A stretch of DNA of 64,000 bases from Bordetella parapertussis (GTDB taxonomy: Bacteria > Pseudomonadota > Gammaproteobacteria > Burkholderiales > SG8-39), in assembly GCA_945862265.1 (NCBI GenBank), contig CAMAXP010000002.1, positions 96,204 to 160,203 on the forward strand. The letters are read 5' to 3'. Position 1 is the first letter of the stretch. Every line of letters begins with the position of its first letter. Below the pieces are notes generated by a model. It did not search any database and had not been told where the DNA came from. It saw nothing but the letters and a program-made list of their open reading frames with translations. This document shows, piece after piece, positions 54,085 to 64,000 of this stretch. The translations under genes and the position numbers were made by a program.

Positions 54085-55119
54085 GTGTCGATTAAGGCAA
54101 TTCTTTCGGGTGCGGAACCGGCACGTCCCCCGAAGCTGCTGGAGCAGGTGCGCGACGCGATCCGGCGCAAGCACTACAGCCTGCGCACCGAGGACACGTA
54201 CTTCCACTGGATCAAGCGGTTCATTTACTTCCACAGCAAGCGCCACCCCCGGGATCTGGGCGAGGCGGAGGTGACGGCCTTCCTGAACGACCTGGCCAGG
54301 GTGCGGAACGTGGCGTCCGCGACGCAGAACCAGGCGCTGTCGGCGGTGTTGTTCCTATATAAGGAGGTGCTCCGCACGCCGCTGGCCTGGCTGGACGGCC
54401 TGGATCGGGCCAAGCGGCCGGTTCGGGTGCCGACCGTCCTGACGCAGGACGAAGTCCGCCGGCTTCTCGCTCGCATGGAAGGGACCAAATGGCTGATCGT
54501 GAGCTTGTTAAATGGGTCCGGGCTGCGGCTGCGTGAGTGCCTGAAGCTCCGGGTGAAGGACGTAGAGTTTTCGTACCGGCAGATCGTCGTGAGGGATGCT
54601 AAAGGCGCCAAGGACCGGGTGACGATGCTTCCTGAGTCGGTGATCGAGCCGCTCAGGGAGCACCTGGTCCGCGCGAAGGCGTTGCACGAGTCGGACCTTG
54701 CCAGCGGTCATGGTGATGTGGAGATGCCCTACGCCCTGGCGCGCAAGTACCCCAAGGCGGCCTACGAGTGGGGTTGGAAGTTCGTGTTCCCGTCACGCAA
54801 GCTTTCGGTCGATCCGAGGAGCGGCGTGGTGCGGCGGCATCACGTGTATGACGACGTGCTTGGGCGCGCAATCAAGCAGGCGGCGCGTGAGGCGGGGATC
54901 GCCAAGCACGTGAGTTCGCACACCCTGCGCCACTCCTTCGCCACTCACCTGCTGGAGTCCGGTTATGACATCCGCACGGTGCAGGAGCTGCTCGGCCACG
55001 CGAGCGTGGAGACGACAATGATCTATACGCATGTGATGAACAAGGGCGGGCGCGGGGTGCGCAGCCCGCTGGACCGCGTAGAGCAACCGCGGGCGGGGTA
55101 CGCTGGTGCCGGCGCCTAA
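54085..55119 (+). CDS. intI: integron integrase
   Basis: 344 aa, GTG start behind GGAGGTG. Tyrosine-recombinase residues ([25 protein letters not shown]) plus the IntI-specific extra segment [24 protein letters not shown]. Divergent from the cassette array. Confidence 0.9.
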   Translation: MSIKAILSGAEPARPPKLLEQVRDAIRRKHYSLRTEDTYFHWIKRFIYFHSKRHPRDLGEAEVTAFLNDLARVRNVASATQNQALSAVLFLYKEVLRTPLAWLDGLDRAKRPVRVPTVLTQDEVRRLLARMEGTKWLIVSLLNGSGLRLRECLKLRVKDVEFSYRQIVVRDAKGAKDRVTMLPESVIEPLREHLVRAKALHESDLASGHGDVEMPYALARKYPKAAYEWGWKFVFPSRKLSVDPRSGVVRRHHVYDDVLGRAIKQAAREAGIAKHVSSHTLRHSFATHLLESGYDIRTVQELLGHASVETTMIYTHVMNKGGRGVRSPLDRVEQPRAGYAGAGA

Positions 55120-56171
55120 CGCGGCGCATGCGCCAGCGTCCTCGAGGCGCGATGCCCGAACCTGTCCGCGATCCTTTCGATTTCCTCCGGTGAGAAAGCC
55201 AGGGGGCGTTTGCCGTAGGTCTGCAGGCAGACCCGGCTGAAATGGGCGGAATCCGTGAAGCCGCACCCGGCAGCGGCTTCCGAAATGGTTCTTCCGGCAG
55301 CCTGGATCTGCCACAAGCCGTAGTGCAGGCGCAGCGCGCGCGAGTAGGCCTGCAGCGTGATGCCGACTTCCTCTTTGAATACTCGCTGTAGCTGGCGCGC
55401 CGACACGCCCAAGCGGGACGCCACTTCGGTAACTTCCAGCGGGTGTGCGATGTTCTCCTCGAGGACGAGCATCGCCCTGCGAACACGTCCGGACTTTGCA
55501 AGCGTTGGTGCCGGTGGTTGGGGCTGTACGAACTTACCTTGCACCAGGAGCATGTCCGCACATTTCTGGGCCAGTGCATCACTGAGATAGCGCGCAACCA
55601 GCCAGATGCCGAATTGCGCCGCGGCAACCGCGCCCGCGCACGTGACATACCGTCCATCGACGATCAGGACCTGGTCCGTCTTGAACCGGACCTTCGGGAA
55701 CCGGTCGGCGAAATCCCGATACCTGAACCAGTGTACGCAGCAGGTCCTGCCGTCCATCAAGCCCGCCTGGATCAGCGGAAGAACTCCGGTGCCGATGCCG
55801 GCAACGATCTTTCCGTCGGAATCGGCTGCCTGGATGAAGGCGAGGGTGTCCGGCTGGATCGGTGGCTCCCGTTCGATCAAGCCCGCAATTACAACGACTG
55901 CATCGAAGCGCTCCGGGTTGCGGGGTTTGGCCGAAGGTGCGATCGGGATGCCCGAACTGGACATCACCGGGTCGGGCCCTTCAGCAAGGAATGTCCAGTC
56001 ACACCGTATCCGCTGGCTGGCGGCACCCTCATCTGCGGCAAAGCGGAGCGCGTCCACGATGGCCGCCAGTGCGGTAAGGGAGAAGTGGGGGCGTAGAAGG
56101 ATGCCGACCCGGAGCTTTTCCGGCGCGGAACGGGCTAGCGTCTTTTTTCGTGGCATGGCCGTTTTATACAT
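55116..56171 (-). CDS. GlxA-family transcriptional regulator (DJ-1/PfpI domain + AraC HTH)
   Basis: 351 aa (alternative ATG at 56156). N-terminal DJ-1/PfpI-like domain and C-terminal AraC HTH ([24 protein letters not shown]). Overlaps the intI 3' end by 4 nt, convergent. Confidence 0.8.
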   Translation of the reverse strand: MYKTAMPRKKTLARSAPEKLRVGILLRPHFSLTALAAIVDALRFAADEGAASQRIRCDWTFLAEGPDPVMSSSGIPIAPSAKPRNPERFDAVVVIAGLIEREPPIQPDTLAFIQAADSDGKIVAGIGTGVLPLIQAGLMDGRTCCVHWFRYRDFADRFPKVRFKTDQVLIVDGRYVTCAGAVAAAQFGIWLVARYLSDALAQKCADMLLVQGKFVQPQPPAPTLAKSGRVRRAMLVLEENIAHPLEVTEVASRLGVSARQLQRVFKEEVGITLQAYSRALRLHYGLWQIQAAGRTISEAAAGCGFTDSAHFSRVCLQTYGKRPLAFSPEEIERIADRFGHRASRTLAHAPR

Positions 56172-56250
56172 CCCCTTTGGCGGGCTTGGCTATCTCCGCC
56201 GGCCGGGGGGCTGCGTAGAGTCCGGAGTTCCTTTCGGCCGGGAGTTCTTC

Positions 56251-57222
56251 ATGCTCATCCTTCGTCGCCGTGCACTTTGCGCGCTCCTTTTTGCCGGCCT
56301 GTGCCGGGTGGCCTTCGCACAGCCCGCTTTTCCGCCCCCGGCGGTGACGAGCGTAGTCCCATTGGGGCCCGGATCGGCCACCGATACCGTTGCCAGGATC
56401 TTTTCGCGACACCTTGCGGAAATGTGGAAAGTGCCTGTGACGGTCGAGAACCGGCCCGGAGCGAATGGCATCCCCGGGACGGCGGCCGTGGTACGAGCCC
56501 CCGGCGATGGCTCGACCCTCCTGTGGATTGCAAGCAACCACATCATCAACGAGAGCCTGTACAGCTCGCTGCCTTACAACGGCCTCAAGGACCTGCGGCC
56601 CATCGCGCAGGTCGGGATAGCGCCGCTGATCCTCGTAGTCCCCGCGTCCTCGCCGATAAACACCCTTCAGGACCTCATCAAACTGGCCAAGGCCCAGCCC
56701 GGCAAGCTGAACTACGGTTCCGCCGGTTCGGGCAGCACGACACACCTGGCCGGCGTAGTGCTGAAAGAGGCCGCCAGGATCGACATCGTCCATGTCCCGT
56801 ACAAGGCCATCGGCCAGGCGACGGCCGACCTGCTGGCCGGAACGCTCGACATGCTGTTCCTGTCGCCGCCCACCGCGATGTCCCATATCAAGTCCGGGAA
56901 ACTGAGGGCGATCGGGTCGGCCTCGAAGCAGCGGCTGGCCATCGCCCCAGACGTGATCTCGCTGAGCGAGGCCGGGCTTCCGGAGTTCGAGGTGCAGGCG
57001 ATCCTCGGCGTGGTCGCGCCCGCGTCCATGCCCGATGCGATCGCGGAGCGGATCTCCGCCGACATCAACCAGGTCGCGGGCCGGCCCGACGTGCAGCAGG
57101 CCGTCCTGCAGACCGGCCTCGTGGTCCGCCCGCTCCCGCTCAAGGACTTCGTGAATGTCGTCCGCCAGGAAAACGAGCTCTGGTCCCGTGTCATCAAGGC
57201 GTCCGGGGCGAAGGCGGACTGA
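56251..57222 (+). CDS. Bug-family (TctC-like) substrate-binding protein
   Basis: ATG at 56251. Signal MLILRRRALCALLFAGLCRVAFAQ and a Bug-family body (LNYGSAGSGSTTHL). Confidence 0.85.
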   Translation: MLILRRRALCALLFAGLCRVAFAQPAFPPPAVTSVVPLGPGSATDTVARIFSRHLAEMWKVPVTVENRPGANGIPGTAAVVRAPGDGSTLLWIASNHIINESLYSSLPYNGLKDLRPIAQVGIAPLILVVPASSPINTLQDLIKLAKAQPGKLNYGSAGSGSTTHLAGVVLKEAARIDIVHVPYKAIGQATADLLAGTLDMLFLSPPTAMSHIKSGKLRAIGSASKQRLAIAPDVISLSEAGLPEFEVQAILGVVAPASMPDAIAERISADINQVAGRPDVQQAVLQTGLVVRPLPLKDFVNVVRQENELWSRVIKASGAKAD

Positions 57223-57227
57223 GCCGC

Positions 57228-58685
57228 ATGCTGCGCCCAGCGAACCTCGTCTTCTTCGTTGGCGAAAGCCACGCGCGCACGCTCGTCGGTGCGTATGGAA
57301 ACCCGCAGATCCATACGCCGGCGCTGGACGCCTTGTGCGAACGCGGCACGTTGTTCCGCGAGAGTTATTGCAACAGCCCCATCTGCGTGCCGTCCAGGGC
57401 GAGCCTCGCGACCGGCCTGTACCCTCACCAGCACAAGTACTGGGAGAACTCCATCGCGCTGGACGGGCGCACGCCCACATGGATGAAGGACCTGCGGGAC
57501 AGCGGGTACCACGTGGCCGGCATCGGGAAGTTCCATTTCCGCAACGCGGAGGACGACAACGGATTCAGCGAGGAGATTCTCCCGATGCACCTTGCCGAGG
57601 GGCTGGGTGAACTCCTCGGCCTGTTGCGCAGTGAGGGCGCGGAACCGGTACGCCAAGGATTGTGGGATCTCTACACCAGGAAATGCGGCCCGGGGGACGA
57701 AACTGCCTACCAGGCCTACGACAAGCGGATCACCCAGCGCAGCATCGAGTGGATGCGCGAGCATGCCAACGACGAAAAGCCTTGGGCGCTGTGCATCCAC
57801 TACGTTTCGGCGCATGCGCCTTACACGGTTCCCCGGGACCTGCTCGACCTTTACCCGCTCGACAAGATCGAGCTGCCCAGGACGTTTTACAAGGAGCGGC
57901 GCCCGCATCATGCGGCGATCGAGCATCTGCGCACGATCCTCGCGCACGACGCGGAAGTCGATGAAGGGCTGGTGAAGTTGTTGACCGCGAGTTACTACGC
58001 CGCCATCACTTATCTCGACCGGGAGATCGGGCAAGTGCTCGATTACCTGGACGCCGTCGAAGTGTCCGACAAGACACGCGTGGTCTATACCGCAGACCAC
58101 GGCTACAGCAGCGGCAACCACTTCATCCTCGGGCTGTTCAACCTGTACGAGCACTCGGTCGGGGTGCCGCTGATCATGGCGGGCCCTGATATCCCGAAGG
58201 GCGGGCAGGTGAACCAGCTGGTGTCTCACGTGGACCTGCACCCAACCCTCCTGGACTCGTTTGGCGTTCCGGCCAGGGCGGGCCTTCCCGGACAATCGCT
58301 CTGGGCCGCCATGTACGGGGATGAGGATCTTGATCGACCGGCGTTCGCCGAGTATCACGCGCTCGGGTCCACGTCCGCCAGCTACATGTATCGACGCCGG
58401 CAGCACAAGCTGGTCCATCACGTGGGAATGGAGAGCCAGCTCTTCGATCTCTCGGTCGATCCCGACGAGGAACGCGACCTGGTGGCGCTGGGCGAGGGCG
58501 GCGATACGCTTGCCCGCCTGGAGGCGGAGCTCGGCAGTATCGTCTCGCCGGAGGCGACCGACATCGAGGCAAAGAACGCGCAGCGGGCGCGCATCCGGGA
58601 ACTCGGCGGGGCTGAGGCAGTCCTTGCCCGCCGCCGGGGATTCGTCTACTCCCCGCCGCCAGGCAAGGACTGGAAGAAATTCTGA
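57228..58685 (+). CDS. sulfatase-family hydrolase (Cys-type)
   Basis: ATG at 57228. Sulfatase signature SPICVPSRASLATGLYPHQH (CxPxR). No signal peptide seen. Confidence 0.8.
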   Translation: MLRPANLVFFVGESHARTLVGAYGNPQIHTPALDALCERGTLFRESYCNSPICVPSRASLATGLYPHQHKYWENSIALDGRTPTWMKDLRDSGYHVAGIGKFHFRNAEDDNGFSEEILPMHLAEGLGELLGLLRSEGAEPVRQGLWDLYTRKCGPGDETAYQAYDKRITQRSIEWMREHANDEKPWALCIHYVSAHAPYTVPRDLLDLYPLDKIELPRTFYKERRPHHAAIEHLRTILAHDAEVDEGLVKLLTASYYAAITYLDREIGQVLDYLDAVEVSDKTRVVYTADHGYSSGNHFILGLFNLYEHSVGVPLIMAGPDIPKGGQVNQLVSHVDLHPTLLDSFGVPARAGLPGQSLWAAMYGDEDLDRPAFAEYHALGSTSASYMYRRRQHKLVHHVGMESQLFDLSVDPDEERDLVALGEGGDTLARLEAELGSIVSPEATDIEAKNAQRARIRELGGAEAVLARRRGFVYSPPPGKDWKKF

Positions 58686-58790
58686 GTGCGGGCGGTCAGA
58701 CTCAGAAGCTGATTCTTAAGAATTTATTTAAAAAAACCGCGCTGGGACTGCCTCCCCGGGCAGTTTCGATATCGTTTCCGGTATAACTCT

Positions 58791-60230
58791 CTATAGCACC
58801 TTGCCCGGATTCATGATCCCCTGCGGGTCGAGCGCATCCTTGACCCGCTGCATGAGCTCGAGCTCAACCGCCGATTTCCGCGGCTTGATCGACTCGCGCT
58901 TCAGCTGCCCGACGCCGTGCTCGGCGGAGATCGAGCCGCCGAGGCGGTCGACGACCTTGTAGACGATCTCGTTCACGGCCTTGATGTTCTTCATGAACGC
59001 TTTCGTACTTTCCTCGTCGCCCATGCCGATGTTGTAGTGCAGGTTGCCATCCCCAATATGGCCGAAGATGAATCCCACGCATCCGGGGAAGGCCTGGGTC
59101 AAATCCGCCATGCCTTCGTCGATCATCCGCGCGATGCTCGACACGGGCACCGAGACGTCGTGCTTCACGTTGGTGAACTGCGCCTCGGGGATGGTCTCGC
59201 GGATGGACCACAGGGCGTTCGACTGCGTCTCGCTCTGCGCCAGCGCCACGTCGATGAGGATGCCGCGCTCGGTGCATTCCATCAGCGCCGCCTCGGCGCG
59301 CGCGTTGAGGGCCTCCTGGGTGCCGCCGTCGGTCAGCTCGCACAGCACGTACCAGGGGTGGCGATCGCGCAGCGGGTCGAGGATCGTGGGCTTGCACTTG
59401 ATCACCGAGTCGAGGCACACGCGCGAGATCAGCTCGAACGCGGTGAGCCGGTCGCCCATCAGGCTACGCATGGCCGCCAGCAGTTCCACCGCCCTCTGCG
59501 GGTTCTCGACGGCAATCCACGCCGTGGTCGCGGCGGAGGGCTTGGGAAAGAGCTTGAGTACGGCGGCGGTGATGATGCCCAGCGTGCCTTCGGCGCCCAT
59601 GAAGAGGTGCTTCAACTCGTAGCCGGTGTTGTCTTTGCGGAGCGCCTTGAGGCCGTTCCAGACGCGCCCGTCGGGCAGCACGACTTCCAGCCCCAGCACG
59701 AGGTCGCGAGCATTGCCGTAGCGGAGCACGCCCACGCCGCCGGCGTTGGTCGAAAGGTTGCCGCCGATCTGGCAGCTGCCTTCGGCTGCGAGCGACAGCG
59801 GAAACAGCCGGTTCTCCGCGTCCGCCGCTTCCTGCAGCGTTTGCAGGATGCAGCCGGCCTCCACCGTCATGGTGTCGTTCAGCGGGTCCATCGAGCGGAT
59901 GCGGTTGAGGCGCGCCACCGAGACAACGAGCTCTGGCACGGCCCCCGCGCCGGTGGCGCGCGGTACCGAGCCGCCGCAGAGGCTGGTGTTGCCCGCCTGC
60001 GGCACCACCGACACGCCGTGCTTCGCACACAGGGCCACCACGCGCGACACCTCGTCGGTGTTCGCGGGGCGCACCGCACCGATGCCGGCGCCGGGGAATA
60101 CGCGTCGCCAGTCGGTGAAGAAGGGCGCGGTGTCGGCCGGCTCGGTCAGTACATGCTGGGTCCCGACGATGGACGCGAGGTCCTGGAAAAACGCGGGGAG
60201 GGCGAGATCGGGCTGCGGGTTGGAGGCCAT
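58791..60230 (-). CDS. FAD-linked oxidase (GlcD / D-2-hydroxyacid dehydrogenase family)
   Basis: 479 aa. FAD_binding_4 domain (VVPQAGNTSLCGGSVP) and C-terminal FAD-oxidase domain (SAEHGVGQLK). Confidence 0.85.
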   Translation of the reverse strand: MASNPQPDLALPAFFQDLASIVGTQHVLTEPADTAPFFTDWRRVFPGAGIGAVRPANTDEVSRVVALCAKHGVSVVPQAGNTSLCGGSVPRATGAGAVPELVVSVARLNRIRSMDPLNDTMTVEAGCILQTLQEAADAENRLFPLSLAAEGSCQIGGNLSTNAGGVGVLRYGNARDLVLGLEVVLPDGRVWNGLKALRKDNTGYELKHLFMGAEGTLGIITAAVLKLFPKPSAATTAWIAVENPQRAVELLAAMRSLMGDRLTAFELISRVCLDSVIKCKPTILDPLRDRHPWYVLCELTDGGTQEALNARAEAALMECTERGILIDVALAQSETQSNALWSIRETIPEAQFTNVKHDVSVPVSSIARMIDEGMADLTQAFPGCVGFIFGHIGDGNLHYNIGMGDEESTKAFMKNIKAVNEIVYKVVDRLGGSISAEHGVGQLKRESIKPRKSAVELELMQRVKDALDPQGIMNPGKVL

Positions 60231-60277
60231 GCCGGTATTATCGCAGCAGTGAGAAACAGGAACATTGGAGCCTTGCC

Positions 60278-61006
60278 TTGACTACTGCCGCCCTCGGAGC
60301 CCTTCCTTTCGCCGCCGGTTCACGCGCCACCACGATCGAGGAGGCCCTGCTTTCCCGCCGCAGCGTGCGTGCCTTCAAGAAGGATCCCGTGCCGCGCGCG
60401 GTGCTTGAAGAAATCCTGTCGCTCTCCAGCCGCTCGCCCTCGGGCACCAACATCCAGCCCTGGAAGGTGCGCGTGGTCGCGGGCGAGGTGAGGGACCGCC
60501 TGTGCAACGCGATGGTCGAGGCCTACACCACCAAGGGCGAAGCCGCGTTCGAGCCGCCGTACAACTACTACCCGGTCAAATGGCGCGACCCGTACCTCGC
60601 CCGCCGCCGCAAGGTGGGCTGGGACCTCTACGGCATCCTCGGCCTCACGCGCGACGACAAGGCCGGCATGGCGGCCCAGCACGCGCGCAACTTCAAGTTC
60701 TTCGATGCGCCCGTGGGCCTGATCTTCACGCTCGACACCGACCTCGAGCTCGGCAGCTGGCTCGACTACGGCATGTTCCTCGAGAACCTCATGCTCGCCG
60801 CTCGCGGCAAGGGCCTCGACACCTGCCCGCAGGCGGCGATCTCCAACGCGCACCACGTGGTGCGCGCGGAGCTGCAGATCCCCGACACCGAGCAGATCGT
60901 CTGCGGCATGTCGCTCGGCTACGCGGACCCGGACGCGGCGGAGAACAAGCTGGTGACCGTGCGCGAGCCCGTGGCGGGCTTCGCGCAGTTCCTGGGCTTC
61001 GAGTGA
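60278..61006 (+). CDS. nitroreductase-family protein
   Basis: 242 aa, TTG start. RRSVRAFKKDPVP...SRSPSGTNIQPWKV is the classic nitroreductase N-terminus. Confidence 0.8.
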   Translation: MTTAALGALPFAAGSRATTIEEALLSRRSVRAFKKDPVPRAVLEEILSLSSRSPSGTNIQPWKVRVVAGEVRDRLCNAMVEAYTTKGEAAFEPPYNYYPVKWRDPYLARRRKVGWDLYGILGLTRDDKAGMAAQHARNFKFFDAPVGLIFTLDTDLELGSWLDYGMFLENLMLAARGKGLDTCPQAAISNAHHVVRAELQIPDTEQIVCGMSLGYADPDAAENKLVTVREPVAGFAQFLGFE

Positions 61007-62181
61007 GGGTGAGGCTGCTTGCGCTCCTCCTGGCGCTGGGCTTTGCCGGCGGCGCGCTGGCGCAGGCCAAGCCCGTGCTGGTCGGCGCGGTGCTCTCGCA
61101 GACCGGCTATCTCGAGGACCTCGGGCGCAGCACCCGCAATGCGCTGCAGCTGTGGGCCGAGCAGGTCAATGCTTCCGGCGGGCTGCGCGGCCGGCCGGTG
61201 GAGCTCAAGCTTTACGACGATGCCAGCGACGCGCTGCGGAACACCTCGCTCTACGAACTGCTCATCAAGGACGACGGCGCCGAGCTGCTGATCGGCGGCA
61301 CTGGCTCCGCCGCGACGTCGATGGGCGCGGCGGTCGCCGAGCGCAACCGCCGCGTGATGGTGAATGCGACCGGCACGTCGCCCGCCATCCACAAGCGCAT
61401 CTACCGCTACCTCTTCCAGGTGCCGCCGCCCGCCGATACCGTGGGTGAGGGCCTGCCGCAGCTCGCGGCCAGGGCCGGCCTCAAGTCGCTCGCGGTGGTC
61501 GCTCGCGACGCAAAGGACGCCCTGCCCTGGGAGGAACTCCTCGGCACGCACGTGAAGAAGGCCGGCATGGAGATGCGTCCGCAGGCCTACTACATCCTCG
61601 ATGCCTACCGGGGCCTCGGGCAGTTCACACGCACGCTCATGGCCACCGGCGTAGACGTGGTGGCGAGCCCGTCCGGCGCGCGCGAGGCGGTCGAGATTCT
61701 GCGCGGCTTCAAGACGGCGGGCGTGCTGCCCAAGCTGTTCGTCACGCATGGCGCGATCGATCCGGTGTTCATCCGACTGGTGGGGCAGGACGCCGAGTAC
61801 ACCGTCGGGCTGTCGTCCTACGAGGAGAGGCTGCCCACGCCGGGCAATGCCGCGTTCGTCAAAGCCTACCGGGCGAAGTACCAGTCCGCACCCGATTTCC
61901 AGGCCGCCTGCGGCTGGGCCGCGGGGCAGGTAATCGAGGCCGCCGTGGCGAAGGCCGGGTCGTTCGAGCAGGAGGCCCTGCGCTCCGCGCTGTCTGCGCT
62001 CGAAACCGGCACCGTTCTGGGCGGCTACAAGGTCGACAACGTCGGCACCCAGCTGGCGGCGCAGTCGTTCGTGGTGCAGATCCTCAAGGGCAAGCGCCAG
62101 GTGGTGTGGCCCGAGGCCGTGCGCAGCGCGGTGGCGGTGGTCCCCGCGCCGGAGTGGGCCGGGCGCACGCTCCTCAAGTGA
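61003..62181 (+). CDS. ABC transporter substrate-binding protein (LivK/type I PBP family)
   Basis: GTG at 61003 (or 61009) overlaps the upstream stop. Signal RVRLLALLLALGFAGGALAQ, then VLVGAVLSQTGYLEDLG. Confidence 0.75.
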   Translation: MRVRLLALLLALGFAGGALAQAKPVLVGAVLSQTGYLEDLGRSTRNALQLWAEQVNASGGLRGRPVELKLYDDASDALRNTSLYELLIKDDGAELLIGGTGSAATSMGAAVAERNRRVMVNATGTSPAIHKRIYRYLFQVPPPADTVGEGLPQLAARAGLKSLAVVARDAKDALPWEELLGTHVKKAGMEMRPQAYYILDAYRGLGQFTRTLMATGVDVVASPSGAREAVEILRGFKTAGVLPKLFVTHGAIDPVFIRLVGQDAEYTVGLSSYEERLPTPGNAAFVKAYRAKYQSAPDFQAACGWAAGQVIEAAVAKAGSFEQEALRSALSALETGTVLGGYKVDNVGTQLAAQSFVVQILKGKRQVVWPEAVRSAVAVVPAPEWAGRTLLK

Positions 62182-62191
62182 ACTCCCGGCC

Positions 62192-63454
62192 ATGAAAGCC
62201 GCCGCCAAGGAGCAGCATCGCGGGGGCGACCCGCGTGCCGGCGCAACAGTGGCTGAGCCGGTCGAAGGCTCGCCCCTGCGCCTGCTGGTGCTGCCGGTGT
62301 CGGTGACGCTGGCGATCCAGACGCTGGTGGCGATCGCGGTGTTCTCGGCGCCCGTCATGGCGCCGGTGGCCGGCCCCGACCTCGGCGTGCAGGCCGCGTG
62401 GATCGGCTACTACATCGCGTTCGTCTACATCGGCAGCATGTCGGGCTCGGTGGCCGCGGGTGCGCTGGTGTCGCGCTACGGGCCGATCCGCATGAGCCAG
62501 GCGGGCCTCGTGTCATGCCTCGGAGGCCTCGCGCTCGCGGCCTCGTCCTCCTTCCTGCCGCTGGTCGCGCTGGGCGGGTTCTTCGTGGGCCTTGGCTACG
62601 GCCCGACGACACCCGCGAGCTCCCAGATCCTCGTGCGTGCCACGCCGCCCTCGCTGATCGCGATGACCTTCTCGCTGAAGCAGACCGGCGTGCCGCTGGG
62701 CGCGGGCATCGCAGGCGCGGTCGTGCCCACGATGCTGCTCTTCATGGGCTGGCGCTGGTCGGCGCTCGCCATCGGCGTGGCGTGCGTGCTGCTGGCGCTC
62801 GTGATCCAGCCGACCCGCGCGCGCTACGACACCGAGTTGAACACCACCGCGAAGCTGTCCTTGCGCAGCGCGTTTGCGCCGCTGGGGTTCGTGTTCCGCG
62901 ACCCGCGCCTCACCGAGATGGCCGTGGTGTCGTTCATCTTCGCCGGGGTGCAGATCACGCTGGTGGCTTACCTCGTGACCTTCCTCATCGAGGCCTTCGA
63001 GATGTCCCTCGTGCTGGCCGGCATGGTGATGGCGGCCTCGCAGCTGGCGAGCATGGTCGGCCGCATCCTGTGGGGTGTGGTGGCCGACCGGTTGCTGACG
63101 CGTCGCGTGATGCTCGGGCTGCTCGGCCTCGGCATGGGGCTCTCGGCGCTGCTCACGCTCGCGGCCTCGCCGGCCTGGCCGGTGTGGCTGCTGTTCGTTT
63201 ACGCCTCGGCGTTCGGGGCGACGGCGGTGGGTTGGAACGGCGTGTTCCTCGCCGAGGTCGCGCGCCTCGCGCCGCCCGGCAAGGCGGGGCAGGCGACGGG
63301 CGGCTGCATGTTCTTCACTTTTTTCGGCGTGGTGGTGAGCCCGCCGCTCTTCTCGCAGGCGCTCGCGTTCGGCGGCAACTACGCCGGCGCCTACGCGCTC
63401 TTCGGTTCGCCCGCCCTTCTCGCAGGGGCGTGGCTGCTGCTGCGCCGACGTTAG
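62192..63454 (+). CDS. MFS transporter
   Basis: 420 aa with about 12 TM segments. The N-terminal ~35 aa is hydrophilic. Confidence 0.75.
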   Translation: MKAAAKEQHRGGDPRAGATVAEPVEGSPLRLLVLPVSVTLAIQTLVAIAVFSAPVMAPVAGPDLGVQAAWIGYYIAFVYIGSMSGSVAAGALVSRYGPIRMSQAGLVSCLGGLALAASSSFLPLVALGGFFVGLGYGPTTPASSQILVRATPPSLIAMTFSLKQTGVPLGAGIAGAVVPTMLLFMGWRWSALAIGVACVLLALVIQPTRARYDTELNTTAKLSLRSAFAPLGFVFRDPRLTEMAVVSFIFAGVQITLVAYLVTFLIEAFEMSLVLAGMVMAASQLASMVGRILWGVVADRLLTRRVMLGLLGLGMGLSALLTLAASPAWPVWLLFVYASAFGATAVGWNGVFLAEVARLAPPGKAGQATGGCMFFTFFGVVVSPPLFSQALAFGGNYAGAYALFGSPALLAGAWLLLRRR

Positions 63455-63464
63455 GATCCAATCG

Positions 63465-64000
63465 ATGGGCGCCGACGTCATCCGCGACGTTGTCCTCCTC
63501 CACGGGCTGTGGATGCCGGGGATCGTCATGTCGCCGCTCGCCTCGCGCCTCGCGGGCTTCGGGTATCGCACCCACGTCTTCGACTATGCGAGCCGCAGGA
63601 AACCGCTCGCCATGCATGCGGATCGACTTGCGCGATTTGCACGCGATGCGGCCGGCGGCGCGCCGGTGCACTTCGTGGGGCACAGCCTGGGCGGGCTCGT
63701 CGTGCTTGCGGCGCTCGCCGGGCCGAATCCGCCGCCCGTTGCGTCCGCGGTGCTGCTCGGCACACCCGCGCGCGGCTGCATGGCGGGACGCAGGCTCGCG
63801 CAGCTGGCGCCCGGCCGCTGGATGCTGGGCGAAAGCGCGCCCCTCTGGAAGGAAGGGCGCGTCGCGCATTGGAACGCGCAGGCGCATGGCGGCGCCCCGC
63901 TGGGAGTGATCGCCGGCAGCGTGCCGATCGGCCTTGCGCGCGTGCTCGGGCGGTTGCCCGAGGTGAACGACGGCGTGGTGCGGCTGGAAGAGGCAGAGGT
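63465..64000 (+). CDS. alpha/beta-fold hydrolase (3' end outside window)
   Basis: Not in the ORF track because it has no stop in the window. ATG at 63465, frame open to 64000. LLHGLWMPG and nucleophile elbow GHSLGG. Confidence 0.7.
   Translation, partial: MGADVIRDVVLLHGLWMPGIVMSPLASRLAGFGYRTHVFDYASRRKPLAMHADRLARFARDAAGGAPVHFVGHSLGGLVVLAALAGPNPPPVASAVLLGTPARGCMAGRRLAQLAPGRWMLGESAPLWKEGRVAHWNAQAHGGAPLGVIAGSVPIGLARVLGRLPEVNDGVVRLEEAE

Larger units (their letters stand above)
48286..55119 (-). mobile_element. chromosomal integron: intI, attI region and 8-cassette array
   Basis: Intact IntI (54085-55119, +) is divergent from 8 minus-strand cassettes, each bounded by an attC (48286, 48953, 49653, 50195, 50812, 51632, 52410, 53169). 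Confidence 0.85.

Noticed and set aside
58681-58790. Hairpin TCTGAGT...ACTCAGA, palindrome ATTCTTAAGAAT (58712-58723) and an A7 run between the convergent sulfatase and FAD-oxidase genes
   Set aside because: These are probably terminator-region structures. None has the GC-stem plus U-tract geometry needed for a confident terminator call, so they are noted only.

Overview
High-G+C chromosomal segment that looks betaproteobacterial, probably Burkholderiales: it has two Bug/TctC-type receptors, a TRAP transporter and two Liv-type ABC systems. I found no rRNA, tRNA, CRISPR, IS element or transposase. About 0-41.6 kb and 55.1-64 kb are ordinary catabolic, transport and housekeeping genes: tyrS, a TRAP system, a CoxLMS-like molybdenum hydroxylase cluster with a split TPP decarboxylase and its own ABC importer, hflX, dehydrogenases, a sulfatase and MFS pumps. 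The accessory part is 41.6-55.1 kb, which by eye has lower G+C and AT-rich third codon positions. I read it as a sedentary chromosomal integron in two tandem parts. Part 1 has an intact integron integrase (54085-55119, +), an attI region, and 8 minus-strand cassettes bounded by RYYYAAC...GTTRRRY attC palindromes (48286-53225). Part 2 starts with a host-like PQQ sugar dehydrogenase gene (47084-48199, +). Directly upstream of that gene is a heavily deleted intI remnant (46881-47087, +), followed by a second co-oriented array of 7 cassettes (about 41743-46700). Eleven of the 15 cassettes are type II toxin-antitoxin pairs (MazF, ParE/RelE x3, gp49-HigB, killer/antidote, HicAB, BrnTA, TumE/A, DUF433/DUF5615 x2). 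The other four carry a low-G+C glycine-zipper membrane protein of unknown function, a tandem ABM-like protein, a GFA-family protein and a methyltransferase. The toxins of the two attI-proximal cassettes are frameshifted at homopolymer runs. Smaller items include a HigB-like toxin stub with an orphan XRE antitoxin next to a permease gene stub, an RHH plus nucleotidyltransferase pair, and a CoxL-CoxG fusion. All calls come from reading the ORF translations and the DNA by eye. Family names are recognised from motifs, not from searches, and the attC boundaries are approximate.
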